Part shown: positions 37,426 through 51,669 of the stretch, one piece after another | Numbering within the stretch: the first letter of the stretch is position 1 | How the letters are laid out: every line of letters begins with the position of its first letter | NCBI GenBank assembly: GCA_964016885.1 | Contig: OZ024743.1 | Span: forward strand, 61,318,001-61,382,000 | Length of the DNA: 64,000 nt | Reading direction: 5' to 3' | Source: Eledone cirrhosa | Lineage: Eukaryota | Notes under the pieces: model-generated | Seen by the model: the letters and a program-made list of their open reading frames with translations, nothing else | Told to the model about the DNA's origin: nothing | Database searches by the model: none | Position numbers and translations under genes: made by a program

Positions 37426-37576
37426 TATATATGCATATATATGTGCATCAGTTGCATTGGGGCGGTGGTGAAGTATTGACAAAGTCAATTCAGAGTCCCC
37501 AGTAGAACATTGCAGCACACAGATCTGTTCCTTTGAGGCCTTTTTCTATGTACTAACGAGCACACGAACACACACG

Positions 37577-37620
<44 letters not shown>

Positions 37621-37621
<1 letters not shown>

Positions 37622-38164
37622 GGACAATACATGTGTCCCTATACACTTTTTGCGTGTAGGGATATATACTTTATTATTATTATCCTCCTCTTGGTCGAGA
37701 TAAAGTTTGGTCGTTCTGACTGCTGCTAGTTATAGTGGTAGTAGACTGACCTCCTTGCCTCTGCTTCTATCTTTACACTCGGCACTGGACAGAATTGCTT
37801 CCACATCATTCATTCTCATCTCGGGAACAATTTTGAATAGCGCCAGTTCGTAATTTGAACTCGGGAATTTTATATTCTCCGAGTGAAAAGATCCTTCTGA
37901 CGAGAGTTTATCTTTGCAATGGATGGCGCATGGACTGTCCATTTATTTTTGAGACTCGAAACCGATTCGGTAAAGGTAACAATAGTGAGTGCAGTGAATT
38001 TTTTTAAATTTATTTTGAAACTTTTTCTTATTTGCTAAACCTTGATTATATATGTTCTGGCTCGTTAATTTATTAGCCTGCCATTGAACCACATTGGCCT
38101 ATGGTTGGACAATACATGTGTCCCTATACGCTTTTTGCGTGTAGGGATATATACTTTATTATTA
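37621..38164. repeat. ~59-bp direct repeats flanking ~425 bp, in (TA)n
   Basis: TGGACAATACATGTGTCCCTATAC..GCGTGTAGGGATATATACTTTATTATTA at 37621 and 38106. Confidence 0.85.
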
Positions 38165-38208
<44 letters not shown>

Positions 38209-38476
38209 GGGAAAGACACAGGAGAGAGTGTCTTTCATTACAGGAATTTCGAACCACCAGCGTGAGAAGAATATAAGCTACTAGAGGCATTGCTAAAACA
38301 TTAAAATTATAAGTATAAATTGAAATGAAAAACCATCCTCACCTAATGAAAAACACACTCTCCCGTGTCTTTCCCCTCTATATATTGTATTTTAAAGTGC
38401 CCAGGAAAACTATTTCCTTTGAGCTCATTTAATTACAGGATTATACGCGAGTCCTTTGCTACGTTATTTTTACTTG

Positions 38477-38509
<33 letters not shown>

Positions 38510-38853
38510 GGTTTGTGTGGTGTGTTAGTACATGACTAAATTCGCATAAATAAGGAAAAAAATTAATTGTCTTTGACAATAGTAAGTAAAACATCTGTTA
38601 ACGAGTAGAGAAGTGACTATATTGTGGAGTCAGCGCTTTGAATTTCTTCACTTGGCTTCATATAATATGTGGATACACACACATATACTCATACACATGT
38701 TCTTACATACACACAACTACACACAAACACATATAGCTGGACATTAAACTGACTTCCGCATTATATGTGTGATGTATTTATAAGTAAAAAAAGATTATAT
38801 ATATATATGTATGTATATGTGTAGGTATTTATGTATGTATGTATATGTATCTA

Positions 38854-38924
<71 letters not shown>

Positions 38925-39187
38925 CGTGTGTTTCTGTGTCCACACGTACATAAGTTGCATAAGTTAATATACAGTATTCAGATATGATTATTCACGCCAT
39001 GATAAACAGCCCCCTCCTCCTTATATATACATAAATAAATACAATTTATATACAAGTTTTTAACATGTACTCATAAGAATGCGTATCAACTTGTCCTAGT
39101 CGTGTCTCCATTTATCTGCCTCTCATTCCCCCTCTCTCTCTGTCTCTCTCTCTCTCTATATATATATACATATGTATATATATATAT

Positions 39188-39258
<71 letters not shown>

Positions 39259-39413
39259 ACTGAACAAAAAGGAAAAACGAACACAGACATATACATATAT
39301 GTGTTCAAAGAGACTATTTTGAGTTTCTAACTCAATACATGCCTTTGATATATATATATATGTGTGTATTTATATATATATATGTATTTATATATATTTA
39401 TATACATACATAT

Positions 39414-39448
<35 letters not shown>

Positions 39449-39877
39449 AACACACATACCTATACATACAAATACATATATATAATATATATGGTGGTGT
39501 ATAGACACAACCCACGCGATTGCGCCTGCGCAGATATAGAAAGCCTACTAAGAATCGAAATATTTGCCCTTGACAAAGACCATTCTCTTCAAAACACAAT
39601 TACTTTTTTTAAAAGGCAGAAGGAAAAGAGAAACGTAATCGTTAAGAAAACAAAATGAGACGATAAAACTAAGGAAACCTAAATATATTAATGAAACAAC
39701 GACACATACCATAGAACTAAATTTATTTTTAGACACCTTCAAATAAGACGTATGTTACAAGGCATTAACTGATGTTTTTAATGATTGGTAAAGCAGTTCG
39801 CATTTAAACCAATTGGGTTTGGGTTCAGTTTCGACCAAATGCATTAACTAAATAATTGTTTGATTTCTGTTTATAGG

Positions 39878-40084
39878 TACGAGGGGGTGCTAAAAGTTCC
39901 TGACTTGACCGCTGCTACAGAGGCTGGAGGCCCAACATTCCGAGTTATGGCTTAGAAAAACTGAAGGACCGCTGCAATAAGTGTGTGAATCGGAGTAGGG
40001 AATGTGATGAATAAAATCATAATTAACTGATCCTCCTGTATTTTCTTTTACCCAAAGCCAAAAACTTTTCAGTAACCACTCGTA
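39878..40084. mobile_element. Tc1/mariner-type MITE
   Basis: Imperfect TIRs TACGAGGGGGTGCTAAAAGTT / AACTTTTCAGTAACCACTCGTA with terminal TA. Confidence 0.65.
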
Positions 40085-40242
40085 AAGTCCTTTGTAGAAA
40101 AGTGATCCTCGCATCCCTTTGTGTTTGATTGAACGGATCTCCATCGGTTTCGGCGATGAAGGTTGTAGTTGTTCGATCAACGAAACTACATGCTTATGAA
40201 ATTAACGTGTGGCTGATCAATCCATAAACACATTAAATAATG

Positions 40243-40457
40243 ATTTCTAGTATAGGCACAAGGCCAGTAATTTGGGGGAGGGAAAAGTCGATTAAATCGA
40301 CCTCAGTACGTGACTGGTACTTTATTTTATCGACCCCGTAAGGATGAAAGGCAAAGTTAACCTTGGCGGGATTTGAACTCAGATCATAAAGGGCCATAAC
40401 TCTATGCTGCAAAGCATGGCGTCCGACCCTCTACCGATACTGCCAATCCACGGCCCT
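40243..40457 (-). mobile_element. Family A SINE, full length
   Basis: Reverse complement of 11863-12053. Confidence 0.85.
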
Positions 40458-40539
40458 AAACACATTAAATAATGCAAGTGGGGAGAAGGAGACCAACTCT
40501 ATACTCTTGGTTGGCGAAATAATCTCAGTTGTACCCCGC

Positions 40540-40720
40540 TGTGAAGACAACGAATGGGTTGCCGCTTAGAACAGCCAGCAACACCTGTTCCATCAGCCCT
40601 TCCACCTCGCGGAGTTTCTTCTTCAAACAAGATTCACTCCTGTCGATGTTGTGACTGTAAAGGTCAGTTCAGGGCCCGAGGACACCGAAGGTCTCGACTG
40701 CAACTCGCACGAAAAGGAAG
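40540..40720 (-). mobile_element. Degenerate CRE-like RLE C-terminal fragment
   Basis: Manual translation VAVETFGVLGP*...LMEQVLLAVLSGNPF aligns with the 29.3-kb fragment. Confidence 0.5.
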
Positions 40721-40807
40721 GGAGTGGTTAAATACTGGTTTGATTATTTCACACACCTGTCTAAACCATACGATAAGCAATATTTTTCACACAGTGTTCG
40801 ACAAATC

Positions 40808-40838
<31 letters not shown>

Positions 40839-41439
40839 CATTGATTCATTCATTCATTCACCCATTCGTATATTCATTCACACATTCTTTTGTTCATTCG
40901 TTCATTTTTGAAATTCTTCCATGTATGATATGATTTTCTGTTAGCGCGGGAAACCACTAGCCTACACAACAATATACAATTGTTTCGGGGCTCTAACATT
41001 TAACCATTCCCTTCCACTAACTTCTCCTCCCCTCTACCACCCACCACCCACTCTACTCCAGACAGAATAAATACAATTGAGTGGATAGTGACGACAGTTG
41101 AGCCAAGAGGCTAACAGCACCTCACCCAGTACGCCATAGCAACATATCCATAACGTTTGATAACGCTAATTTAACTACGGCAGAATTTGAAACCAGGAAT
41201 GTAAGAGAAGAAAGCACTTGTCAGTTAGGTTAGATAGATAGTTTGTCACGAATACCCCAGTACGTAATAAAATTACTAGGGGGTCGTAATAGTTCAATGG
41301 TTTGTACTGAGACCAATCTGACAGTATATCAAAAAATGACTACACCACTTAACGCCCACATTCTATTTCAATTAATTTAAATAGTATTTCTTGAGTAGAA
41401 TTAGTAATTAGGATAATACGGTCTTTATAGATATAAATG

Positions 41440-43330
41440 AACATCCGTTGATTTCAACGATGAGTGTACCAGCTGTTCGATCTACAGTATTTACGTGTAG
41501 GTGGCTGTATATTCCATAATTACGTGTATCCTTAATTCTTTACTTACGTGTACCCTTAACATAGACAAGTATAAATTGCCACACGGTGAGATACAAAGCG
41601 ACACAGTGTGAGAAAAATTGTCCTTTGAATTACAGGCAGAATGAATCCGGCAGCTTTCCAAACAATTTCTGTCTACCCAATTTTACTCACAAGGCACGAA
41701 TGAAGTCGAGGCCAGGATAAAAATCATTTGCTCTAGACGCCATGCAATGAGATCAAACCCACAACTTTATAATTGTAAAGCGAAATTCTTAACAACTTGA
41801 ACCACTCCACATAATTAACATTAAAATTATAGTGAGGAGTAAATAAATGTTTATGGCTCACTATGTTAAGCAGAGTGAAGGTGCGTAGCTTAGTGGTTAG
41901 GATGTTCGTAGTATAGTGGTTAATAAAATGGTAAGTTCGCTTCTTAGTGCTGCGATGTGTCCCGGACCAAGACATATATTTCACATTCTCCAGTTCACTC
42001 AACTAGTAATTCGAAGCGCCAACATTGCCACACACTGTACTGTGTCTTCACGAGAATAACATTAAGGGTACATGTGTCTATGGTATGCCTAGTCACGTGC
42101 ACGTTAATTTCATGACAAACGAGAAAGATGGTTAGATAACAGCCATGCTTGGCTGGTCACGCTTGGGGATCCAGCCGGAGACGGTTGCTTCTGACAGGAC
42201 TTGATGGAAGGAGTATTAGAGGAATCTCTCCCCACGACCATCTCAGGCAGAAGAAGAAGAAGAAGAAGAAGCTCTTCCGTTGTTCGAACAATTGCAACTC
42301 ATCTCATCAGATCTGATGTAGATCGAACAACAACAAGTAGAAAAGGACTGACTTTAATATATATATACAGTTCAGCCTGGAACAAAGGAAATGATTCTAC
42401 CGTGAGATTGAACCATTGTTGACTCTATCAGCCGATGGCAACTCCTGAAAGATGTGCCACCACTCTTCTGGTGAAAGGAGGTGGGATTTGAACTCAGAAC
42501 GGACAATTTTGATTTTTCGAGACCCTCTGACATAATTTTCGACTCTTCAAATATTTTGTGCTACATTTTATGAAACTGATCTGGCAACCCTGTTGAACAG
42601 TTTTCCAGTCTGTGATAGCTGTGACCAGTCATGACGTGCCGTGTCATCGTGTCATCTTGTTTATTGACACGGCAACCAATAGTCCGTGAACAGCACGTAG
42701 AGGGTGTTTAATGAATCTATCACGAAATGGGATTATCATGCTCCATTACAGGCTCGATTTTACGTACTTGAGAATCAGCGAGTTAATGTGATATAAAAAA
42801 GATAATAATTCTCAGGAATATGCAGCATGACACTGTGTGACAAGCCAGGCTCTTTGTATTACATGTACTATCCACTCGAGGGTCTTCCAACAGTTTACCT
42901 TTACTCAGTTTCAGTCATGGGTCGTCCCGAGTATGTGCCAAATGATATTTTCTCAATATCCCACACAGTGGAAATGAACTTGAGCCGATTCTAATGGTTG
43001 TGTCCCCAGGAAGGATGTTAAACACTAGTAGTATGAATATGTGTGTGTTGAACCTCTGTCGGTTACGACGAAGTGTGTTCCAGTTGTAAATAATAGAACA
43101 GCCTGATCTTGAAATTAACGTGTACTCTTAACGTAATTCTCAGCGTAATACGGTGTTTGACATGGTTGGCCCTTTCAATCACAGGCAGGACTCAGTTTAT
43201 ATGCAGCTCAGTGGACTAAAGCAACGTGAAATAAAGTTTCTTGCTCAGGGATAAAATGCGCCACTGGAAATCGAACCCATAACCATATGATTGTGAACCG
43301 AACATCATAAAGATTAAACCACACACCATT
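41440..43330. mobile_element. Cluster of degenerate family B SINE copies on both strands plus an RTE 3' end (~42125-42272, (GAA)n tail)
   Basis: Segments resembling 44601-44933 (TTAAGGGTACA..GTGTCT..CACGTTAATTTCA); 42125-42272 resembles 45710-45860. Confidence 0.6.
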
Positions 43331-44129
43331 CCAGGACACACACACCATTTACATAACGGTTACGATACTATATAATACTAGTACAATTTATCACCAGAGA
43401 TTGAATTAACTGAAAGTCTATTTCGACGGAATTAAAAGAAAAGTAAAAACTTCTCATGAGAAGAAACCCAATGTCTTAGACCAGATCTAATAATTCCACA
43501 TTGTAGCAAATTATCGTCTAAATAATATTCAGTTGACTTACAAATTATTGAGAAATTTAATGTCCTATAATCTAATCAGCACAATGCAGATAAATATAAC
43601 AATAATTGTTAAATAAAAATAATAGTTGAATAAATCGGGTAAAGTACCACGAGACGGAAAACAGTGGAGAGAGACGACTCGTTGAGCATACGATGGATGC
43701 ATTGTTGGCTTTCTCGCTGGCGTTTCTGTCCAATTTACCCGTCTCCAGGTGTAATTTTACCTATTTATCCAACTATTATTTATTTGTCCATCTTGAACAA
43801 TGTGAAATGAAGTATTTTGCTAGGGGTCTGTACACATACACATATATGAAATAACCTCTTAGAAGTATGTGTCTTTTGGTAGTTGTGTTGCGAAGTCCAC
43901 ACAAACGACACGGGAGAGGCTGTTTTTCTTTATCTCGGGTGGGCGCCTGTAGTCTGGAGAAATTGGCCAGCTTGGGGTTAAATGAGATAAAATTCTCTTA
44001 AAGAAATTCCACCCTGTTTTCTCGGAAGAGAAGGGCATCACTTCCAGTTGCTGAAGCAATAGAGAGATATAGTGCTTAGCCAAATACTGCCACCCTATCG
44101 ACAGGATTAGGCTACTTTGATAAAGGTTA

Positions 44130-44350
44130 GTTCAGTGCATCAATTCAGGGAAGTAGCGGCTCTACCTGAAGCGATTCTCTGATCTCCGAGCTACGCACTC
44201 TATCGAGTAACGTTACTCCAAAGACACTTCGGAGGAACCCCATTTCGGCCGCTTGTATTCTAACTAATATCGGAGCTGGGATCTCAATTCGAAGAAATAG
44301 TGGCTCTACCTGAGCTACGCACTCTATCGAGTTATGTTACTCCAAAGACC
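44130..44350 (-). mobile_element. RTE-clade LINE fragment with small local duplication
   Basis: IQAAEMGFLRSVFGVTLLDRVRSSEIRESLQVEPL; same family as 45130-45860. Confidence 0.7.
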
Positions 44351-44600
44351 GTGTTTGTTTTGTGTGTGTTTCTGTAATTTTCTATTTATTCTAAATTTTG
44401 TTTCCTCATTTGTATTGTTTGTATTTTTTTCGTTATTTCCCTTTTTATCTATTTTAAATACTTTTCTCATTTGTTTATTTTCTTCCATTTTTCTTTTTTT
44501 TTCTTTTTGTTTTCTTAATTTTATAATTTTCTGTGTATTTTCAATATATAAAAATGTTATTCTTTTCTTTTCATGTACTTTTAATATTTTCTGTGTGAAT

Positions 44601-44933
44601 GCGCGTGGTCTTGTAGTTAGGGTGTTGAACGAACGATCATAATGTCGAAGATTCAATTCCTTGCCTATGTGGTGCATTTTGTCCTTGAGCAAGACACTTT
44701 ATTTCACTTTTCTCCAGTCCACTCAACTGGCAAAAATGAGTTCTACCTGTATTTCGAAGGGCCAGGCGTGTCACATTTTGTGTCATGCTGAATCTCCCTG
44801 AGAACTACGATAAGAGTACGCGTGTCTGTGGAATGCTCAGCCACTTGCATATTGATTTCTCGAGCAGACTGTTCTATTCATAGTATCATAATATCAATAG
44901 GAACACTCGTCTTCGTAACCGACGGAGTGCCAG
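44601..44933 (+). mobile_element. tRNA-derived SINE, family B
   Basis: tRNA-like head GCGCGTGG..TAGTTAGG..TTCAATTCC, TGTCCTTGAGCAAGACACTT core; further degenerate copies at ~25880-26110 and ~63840-64000. Confidence 0.78.
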
Positions 44934-45129
44934 TTAATATTTTTTTATCTTTTATTTCTCAATTTTTATGTTTTTATATTTTTTGCAGTTTTTATCTTAT
45001 TCTCATTTTTTTCTTTATTCCATTTTCCTACTTTTTTTATTTTTTTTATTATATCTAATTTTATATTTTTTTATAATTTTATATATTTTTAAAATATTTT
45101 TTAAAGGTTATTTCTGACTTACACTTGAT

Positions 45130-45860
45130 AGGTTTGATGCCGAGTGCTGCATGGCTGGAATAAAAATCAGTGCTGCGAAAACTGACACATTCGTCCTCTC
45201 AAGGAAGCCTGCACAGTGCACTGAATGGATCTCTATTGAAGCAAGTGGAGAAGTTCAAGTATCGCGGGGCCGTTTTCACAAGTGATGGAAGGCAGGAGGC
45301 TGAATTAAGTGCTAGAATTGCAGGAGCTGGTGCTGTAATGCGTCAGGGGTCAGCATTCGGTAATCAGAAGAAGGTAGGTAGGTGTAAAAGTCAAACTCGC
45401 TATCTTCAATTTGGTATTCATCCTAACCCTTACCTATGGCCGTGAATCTATGGTAATGACCGAAAGAATGCTATCACGAATTCAAGCGTCCAAAACGGGG
45501 TTCCTCCGAAGGGTCTTTGGAGTAACGTTATACGATAGAGTGCGTAGCTCGGAAATCAGAGGTTCATACCTGCTATTCTTCTACTGCTCCGAATTGAGAG
45601 ATCACAGCTCCTATACTATGGGCATGTGGTTATAATGTCTCAGGAAAGAATCGCTGGACAGATTTTATGGGCAAAACCAACCGACAGGAGACTCAGAGAT
45701 AGACCCTTGTCAAGATGGTTGGATATCATCCATGAGCTTGGTTGGTCTCGCTTGAGGATCCAGTCGGATCAGTTGGAGACAGTTGCCTCTGACAGGAGCT
45801 GCTGGAAGGAGTGTTTATCGACTTTGCCACCACGATCCTTTCAAGAAGAAGAAGAAGATA
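45130..45860 (+). mobile_element. RTE-clade LINE 3' fragment with (GAA)n tail
   Basis: LKQVEKFKYRGAVFTSDGRQEAELSARIAGA; LTYGRESMVMTERMLSRIQAS..FLRRV; frameshifts. Confidence 0.82.
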
Positions 45861-46562
45861 TATATATATATATGTGTGTGTGTGTAGATGGCCGGAGGAC
45901 GCTGAATTAATACCAACGATCTTCGTTACTTTTATTATATTATACTTCCAGCTGTGCTGATTTAGGTTAGACTTTTCAATATTTCTTGTTTATGTTTCCT
46001 AATATTAAATTTTGAATATCACAAATCAGATATTATTTGCTTGTATATGTGTATAAATGTATGAACCTCGTTATGTATGTATGCTAGAGGTCGGTTGAGT
46101 GATTTGTTTTGGCGCGAATTCCTTTGTTTGAATTCAACCACCAAACCACGTGTTTTAGTCAGCGATAGAGTCTTTCTCTTTTCATTAGAGGCAGAGTGTG
46201 GAATGCCGTGAACTGTTGGATAGCTTATCCAGTAGTAATGGCTAACTCACACTGCACGAACCTATCGTATGAGTTGGGCCACCCTGCTGAAGATGTGTAA
46301 TAGTCCGCTGATTTTGCGTGATTTTCTGAACATTGCGAATGTAATATCTGCATTTGTAAAGTTATAATACACAGAAACGACGTCGTCCTGAAGATGAGAT
46401 ATTGACTTGTATCTCTACCAAAACACAGCCAGCGTATCTGCTATTAACTAAATGTGAGCACTCAGAACAGGTGATTGCAGCAACATTACTGCATTTCACT
46501 AGACGATGGCCGAAGGACGTTGAATTAATACTTAACGATCTTCGTTGCTTTTATTATATATA

Positions 46563-46748
46563 CGGTGAATTGGCAGTATCGGTAGAGGGTTGGACGCCAT
46601 GCTTTCTAGCATAGTTACGTCCCTTTACAGTCTGAGTTCAAATCCCGCCGAGGTTAACTTTGCCTTTCATCCTTACGGGGTCGATAAAATAAAGTACCAG
46701 TAAAGTACTGGGAAATTGCTGGCCTTGTGCCTAAAGTAGAAACAATTA
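46563..46748 (+). mobile_element. Family A SINE
   Basis: A/B boxes and core intact. Confidence 0.88.
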
Positions 46749-46811
46749 TATATATATAGAGTGATAGATATATAATAGATAGTTACAGATAGATAGATAG
46801 ATAGATAGATA

Positions 46812-48415
46812 AATTTCTTTATTACCCACAAGGGCACAAAAGTAGGGAACAAATAAAAATGGGGAGTTTACATACAGGTATATGAAAATAAAACCATTAA
46901 TAAAATAACAAATAACAATTGAAATCCCCAATAGGGGGGAGGTGTTACACAGGGGTTGTACACACCCCGAAAAAATGTACAACCCTCATCTCCAGGAGCA
47001 CCTAGAGTGAGTACTCCCTTCCTCTCTTCCTCTTTTTCCCCACCTACAGGCTGATATAGAGAGAAGGCCCAACCACTCGGGCCGTCTTTGCCACATTCTC
47101 CCACCTTTTATAAAATTTGCTGGGGTAAAGCACCTCTCTCTCCACCCTGATTCTTCTTCCAAAATGATATTTGAAAAAACGAATCAGCAGCTCGCCGGAG
47201 AATAAGGTGTCTGACCTCAGCCCTTTTAACCTCGTCCACCATATAACCTCTTTCACCATAGCCATAACACATAGGATAACCGCCTCTCCCTCGTTTTTGA
47301 AGGAGGGTGGCGGTTTGATCATGACAATGGATTCGGTGGTCAACTGGATTGGTTCCACCCGCGACAATAGTCGTTCTACATAGCCCCACAGGTCGGTAAC
47401 GCCAGGGCAGTGTACAAATGCCTGCGGGACGGTTTCCTCGTCGCGCACGCACCTCGGACAGATCTTTTTCGAAGGGTCCCTTCCCGGGCGCCCGTGTCTG
47501 TAGAGCTTGTCTCGAACTGGTAGAGCTCCTCCGTAGCACTGCCAGGCCAGGGACTTTTGTAAGTTGTCCATTGGTCCCGGGCGGAAGGTCCTACCGAACA
47601 GACTGGCCAGTTCGTCCTCCTCTACGCCTAGAGTTTCTCCGAGCGCGTCGTCACACTTGCTGCGGACCAACCCTCTATAGAATGTCGAAGTAGAGTCTCC
47701 ACTGATCGCCGGGTCCGTTTGCCAGAGGACTGTGAGCGCCTGCGCACATTCGATGTGCCAGTCGCCCATTTTCCTCGGTCTTTGCTTGAACCAGGACTGC
47801 AGCTCGGTCAGCGAGACGAGTCGTGGGAAGCCTCGCCTCACGAACGGGGCCCACACCAGTTGTCCGGTGAGGAATATGTGTAGGTGCCGCAGCCTGAGCG
47901 CGTGTTTGCGCATCGTCAGCCACGGCATCCCCAGCCCTCCGTTTGAAGGGTGTTGGCAGCAGATGGATCTTCTCACCAAAGGAGCCCGTTTCTTCCACAG
48001 GAATTGGAAGAGCGAGCGCTCCATTTCGGCGAGCGTTTTGGCTGGACAAGGCACGACGGTCAAGCGGTAGTAGATGACGGACGCTATAAAAGTGTTCGGC
48101 ACCTTCGCTCGACATTTCAAGGATAGTTTGCACTCGGCCCACTTCTGGGTGAGCGCAAACACCTTGGCCGTAACCTTGTTCCAGTTCTTTTCCACCTAGA
48201 GGCTCGGACCAAACCAGACCCCGAGCAGCTTTACCGGTCCTTCCGTCCAGCGTCCGACGACGCCATCGGAAGGCATCGGTTTGCCTCTCCACGTTCCGAG
48301 TTGCAAACCGACGGATTTGTCCCGGTTCAGCTTCCCTCCTGTGAACCTTTCGTGTTCCTCCAGAAAGGTGCCGACCTCCCCTATTTGCGAGGTGCTCGAC
48401 ACCATTACTTTCACG
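46812..48415 (-). mobile_element. Second Tx1-group family, 5'-truncated, with (TATC)n at its 3' end
   Basis: ORFs 48196-48415 and 47044-48195 (one stop between) are colinear with the C-terminal part of ORF2 6399-9818; ends CCCTTGTGGGTAATAAAGAAAT. Confidence 0.92.
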
Positions 48416-48967
<552 letters not shown>

Positions 48968-49458
48968 AGTTAATATAAATTAATATATATGATAAAACAC
49001 AAATACCAACATATAAGTGTTTGTACTGTAAATGACTAAGTTAGCTAGAATGAAAAATACTAATTATAATAATACAGTTTGCCTGTCTCGATTTAAAATA
49101 ATAAATCAATAAAAACAAACGATATTGGCAAAAGGGCGTGGTACTTAGACAAATTTAAATTTCAAAATCAAACCTGTTCCGTAGATAAGTTTAAACTTCA
49201 AAATCCAAATAAGTATCGAGATGAAAAAGTGAAAGAATACCCCGTTCAGCTCTCCTCAGTAAGTACCCTGAACAATTGGTATGCTTCACTTCAAAATATT
49301 TAAAAAGACTGTTTAACGCACATGGTTTTCCAGTTTCTAGCTGCCGCATACTCGTTCTGCTAGAAATAACAGCCGTTTATATGGGGCTAAAGTTAGCTCT
49401 ACATTGTAAAGGACCGCTTGAGTTTAGAACTCATTATTCTTAGTATATATATATATAT

Positions 49459-49573
<115 letters not shown>

Positions 49574-49939
49574 CATATATACATATATATAAATATATAT
49601 ATATATGTATATATATATATACATATATATAAATATATATATAATATATATATATACATACATATATATATATATATTATATATATATATATATATACAT
49701 ACATATATATATATATATTATATATATATATATACATACATATATATATATATATATTATATATATATTGTTATACTTTGGGAGGGTCATGTTGCCAATA
49801 AGAAACACACGCACCAGTTGCTTTCACTTCAATTTATTATATATTTACAAATTTATAAATTTACAAATCTACAAACTTATAAATTATAAATTTCTGGTTG
49901 GTTGGTTGGTTCCACAACCAGATAGTTGTTTATATATAT

Positions 49940-49984
49940 AGTCATAGTCCTTTCGTCACACACTCTGTGACCTCTTCAGTGACT
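49940..49984 (-). ncRNA. Minimal type I hammerhead ribozyme (left arm)
   Basis: Reverse complement of 51625-51669. Confidence 0.78.
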
Positions 49985-50239
49985 GGGAATTCCTTTCTTC
50001 GTTTCTGTGCCTTTTCTTTCTTCTATCCTACGCCATTTTGTTTCTGTGTGTGTGTTGTGTGCTCAGTTTGCGCATGTGCCACATCCGGGTGTCTGTGTGT
50101 GTTTGTGTTCATTTTTCTATTTGTTTATTTATTTATTGTTGGTTGGTTGTTTGTTCTATGTGTGTGTGTGTTTTCATTTTGTGTGTGTTTTCAATTGTAA
50201 GTTGTTTGTTCTATGTGTGTGTGTGTTTTCATTTTGTCC

Positions 50240-50772
50240 TTAACTGTAAGTTGTGATGTTGCTGTTCCACTCATATTTTCTATTTAATTTTGGTTTTAAT
50301 TCTTTTATGCTTACTGCCTCTGTAATTTGCCTAAACATTGCGTCTTTTCTGTGCGTGGATTCTATTTTTATTTCTATGCTCTCTAATCTACCCCTGTGTT
50401 CTATCTTAGCATGTTGGTAGAGCACAGATGATTCTTTATTATCTTGGAGGTCTCGCCAGTGTTCATTTATTCGTTCCCCTATACTACGAGCTGTCTCACC
50501 TATGTACACTATATTTTTGTTTCTACATTGTCCTTCAGTACATCTTATGCTATACACTACATTTCTAGTTTTACAGTTAATATGGGGGCTTATTTTACAG
50601 GTTATACATTTCTTATCTATACATGAGGGTCTTTGGAACGGGTATGTCTTGCTAATAAGTGTTTTTACGGAGGTACCAGGTCTTTCTACTATCTTAATAT
50701 TGAGATTATGTTTATTTAGGGCCCTTCTAAATTTGTAGGCTAGTTCACCTCTAGGGGTTGTATTGATGAACA
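50240..50772 (-). pseudogene. GIY-YIG endonuclease domain, 5'-truncated (left arm)
   Basis: CIDKKCITC..CKTRNVVYSIRC..C..VYIGETARSIGERINEH..RQITEAV..LN. Confidence 0.9.
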
Positions 50773-50807
50773 ATGTAATGAACAATGTAATGAACAATGT
50801 AATGAAC

Positions 50808-51347
50808 AATGTAATGTTCATCAATACAACCCCTAGAGGCGAACTAGCCTACAAATTTAGAAGGGCCCTAAATAAACATAATCTCAATATTAAGATAGTA
50901 GAAAGACCTGGTACCTCCGTAAAAACACTTATTAGCAAGACATACCCGTTCCAAAGACCCTCATGTATAGATAAGAAATGTATAACCTGTAAAATAAGCC
51001 CCCATATTAACTGTAAAACTAGAAATGTAGTGTATAGCATAAGATGTACTGAAGGACAATGTAGAAACAAAAATATAGTGTACATAGGTGAGACAGCTCG
51101 TAGTATAGGGGAACGAATAAATGAACACTGGCAAGACCTCCAAGATAATAAAGAATCATCTGTGCTCTACCAACATGCTAAGATAGAACACAGGGGTAGA
51201 TTAGAGAGCATAGAAATAAAAATAGAATCCACGCACAGAAAAGACGCAATGTTTAGGCAAATTACAGAGGCAGTAAGCATAAAAGAATTAAAACCAAAAT
51301 TAAATAGAAAATATGAGTGGAACAGCAACATCACAACTTACAGTTAA
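50808..51347 (+). pseudogene. GIY-YIG endonuclease domain, 5'-truncated (right arm)
   Basis: Same protein as left arm except one residue (HWQD vs HWRD). Confidence 0.9.
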
Positions 51348-51624
51348 GGACAAAATGAAAACACACACACACATAGAACAAACAACTTACAATTGAAAAC
51401 ACACACAAAATGAAAACACACACAGGACAAAATGAAAACACACACACACATAGAACAAACAACCAACCAACAATAAATAAATAAACAAATAGAAAAATGA
51501 ACACAAACACACACAGACACCCGGATGTGGCACATGCGCAAACTGAGCACACAACACACACACAGAAACAAAATGGCGTAGGATAGAAGAAAGAAAAGGC
51601 ACAGAAACGAAGAAAGGAATCCCC

Positions 51625-51669
51625 AGTCACTGAAGAGGTCACAGAGTGTGTGACGAAAGGACTATGACT
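51625..51669 (+). ncRNA. Minimal type I hammerhead ribozyme (right arm)
   Basis: aguca CUGAAGA g gucaca-gagug-ugugac GAAA ggac UA ugacu; 5-bp stem I, 6-bp stem II, vestigial stem III. Confidence 0.78.

Noticed and set aside
46285-46430. CTGAAGA motifs as additional hammerheads (also ~21581, ~35272, ~49255)
   Set aside because: No properly placed GAAA plus stem I/III could be built
50766-50813. CRISPR-like array (also considered for 52026-53657)
   Set aside because: No unique spacers, no cas genes, eukaryotic context
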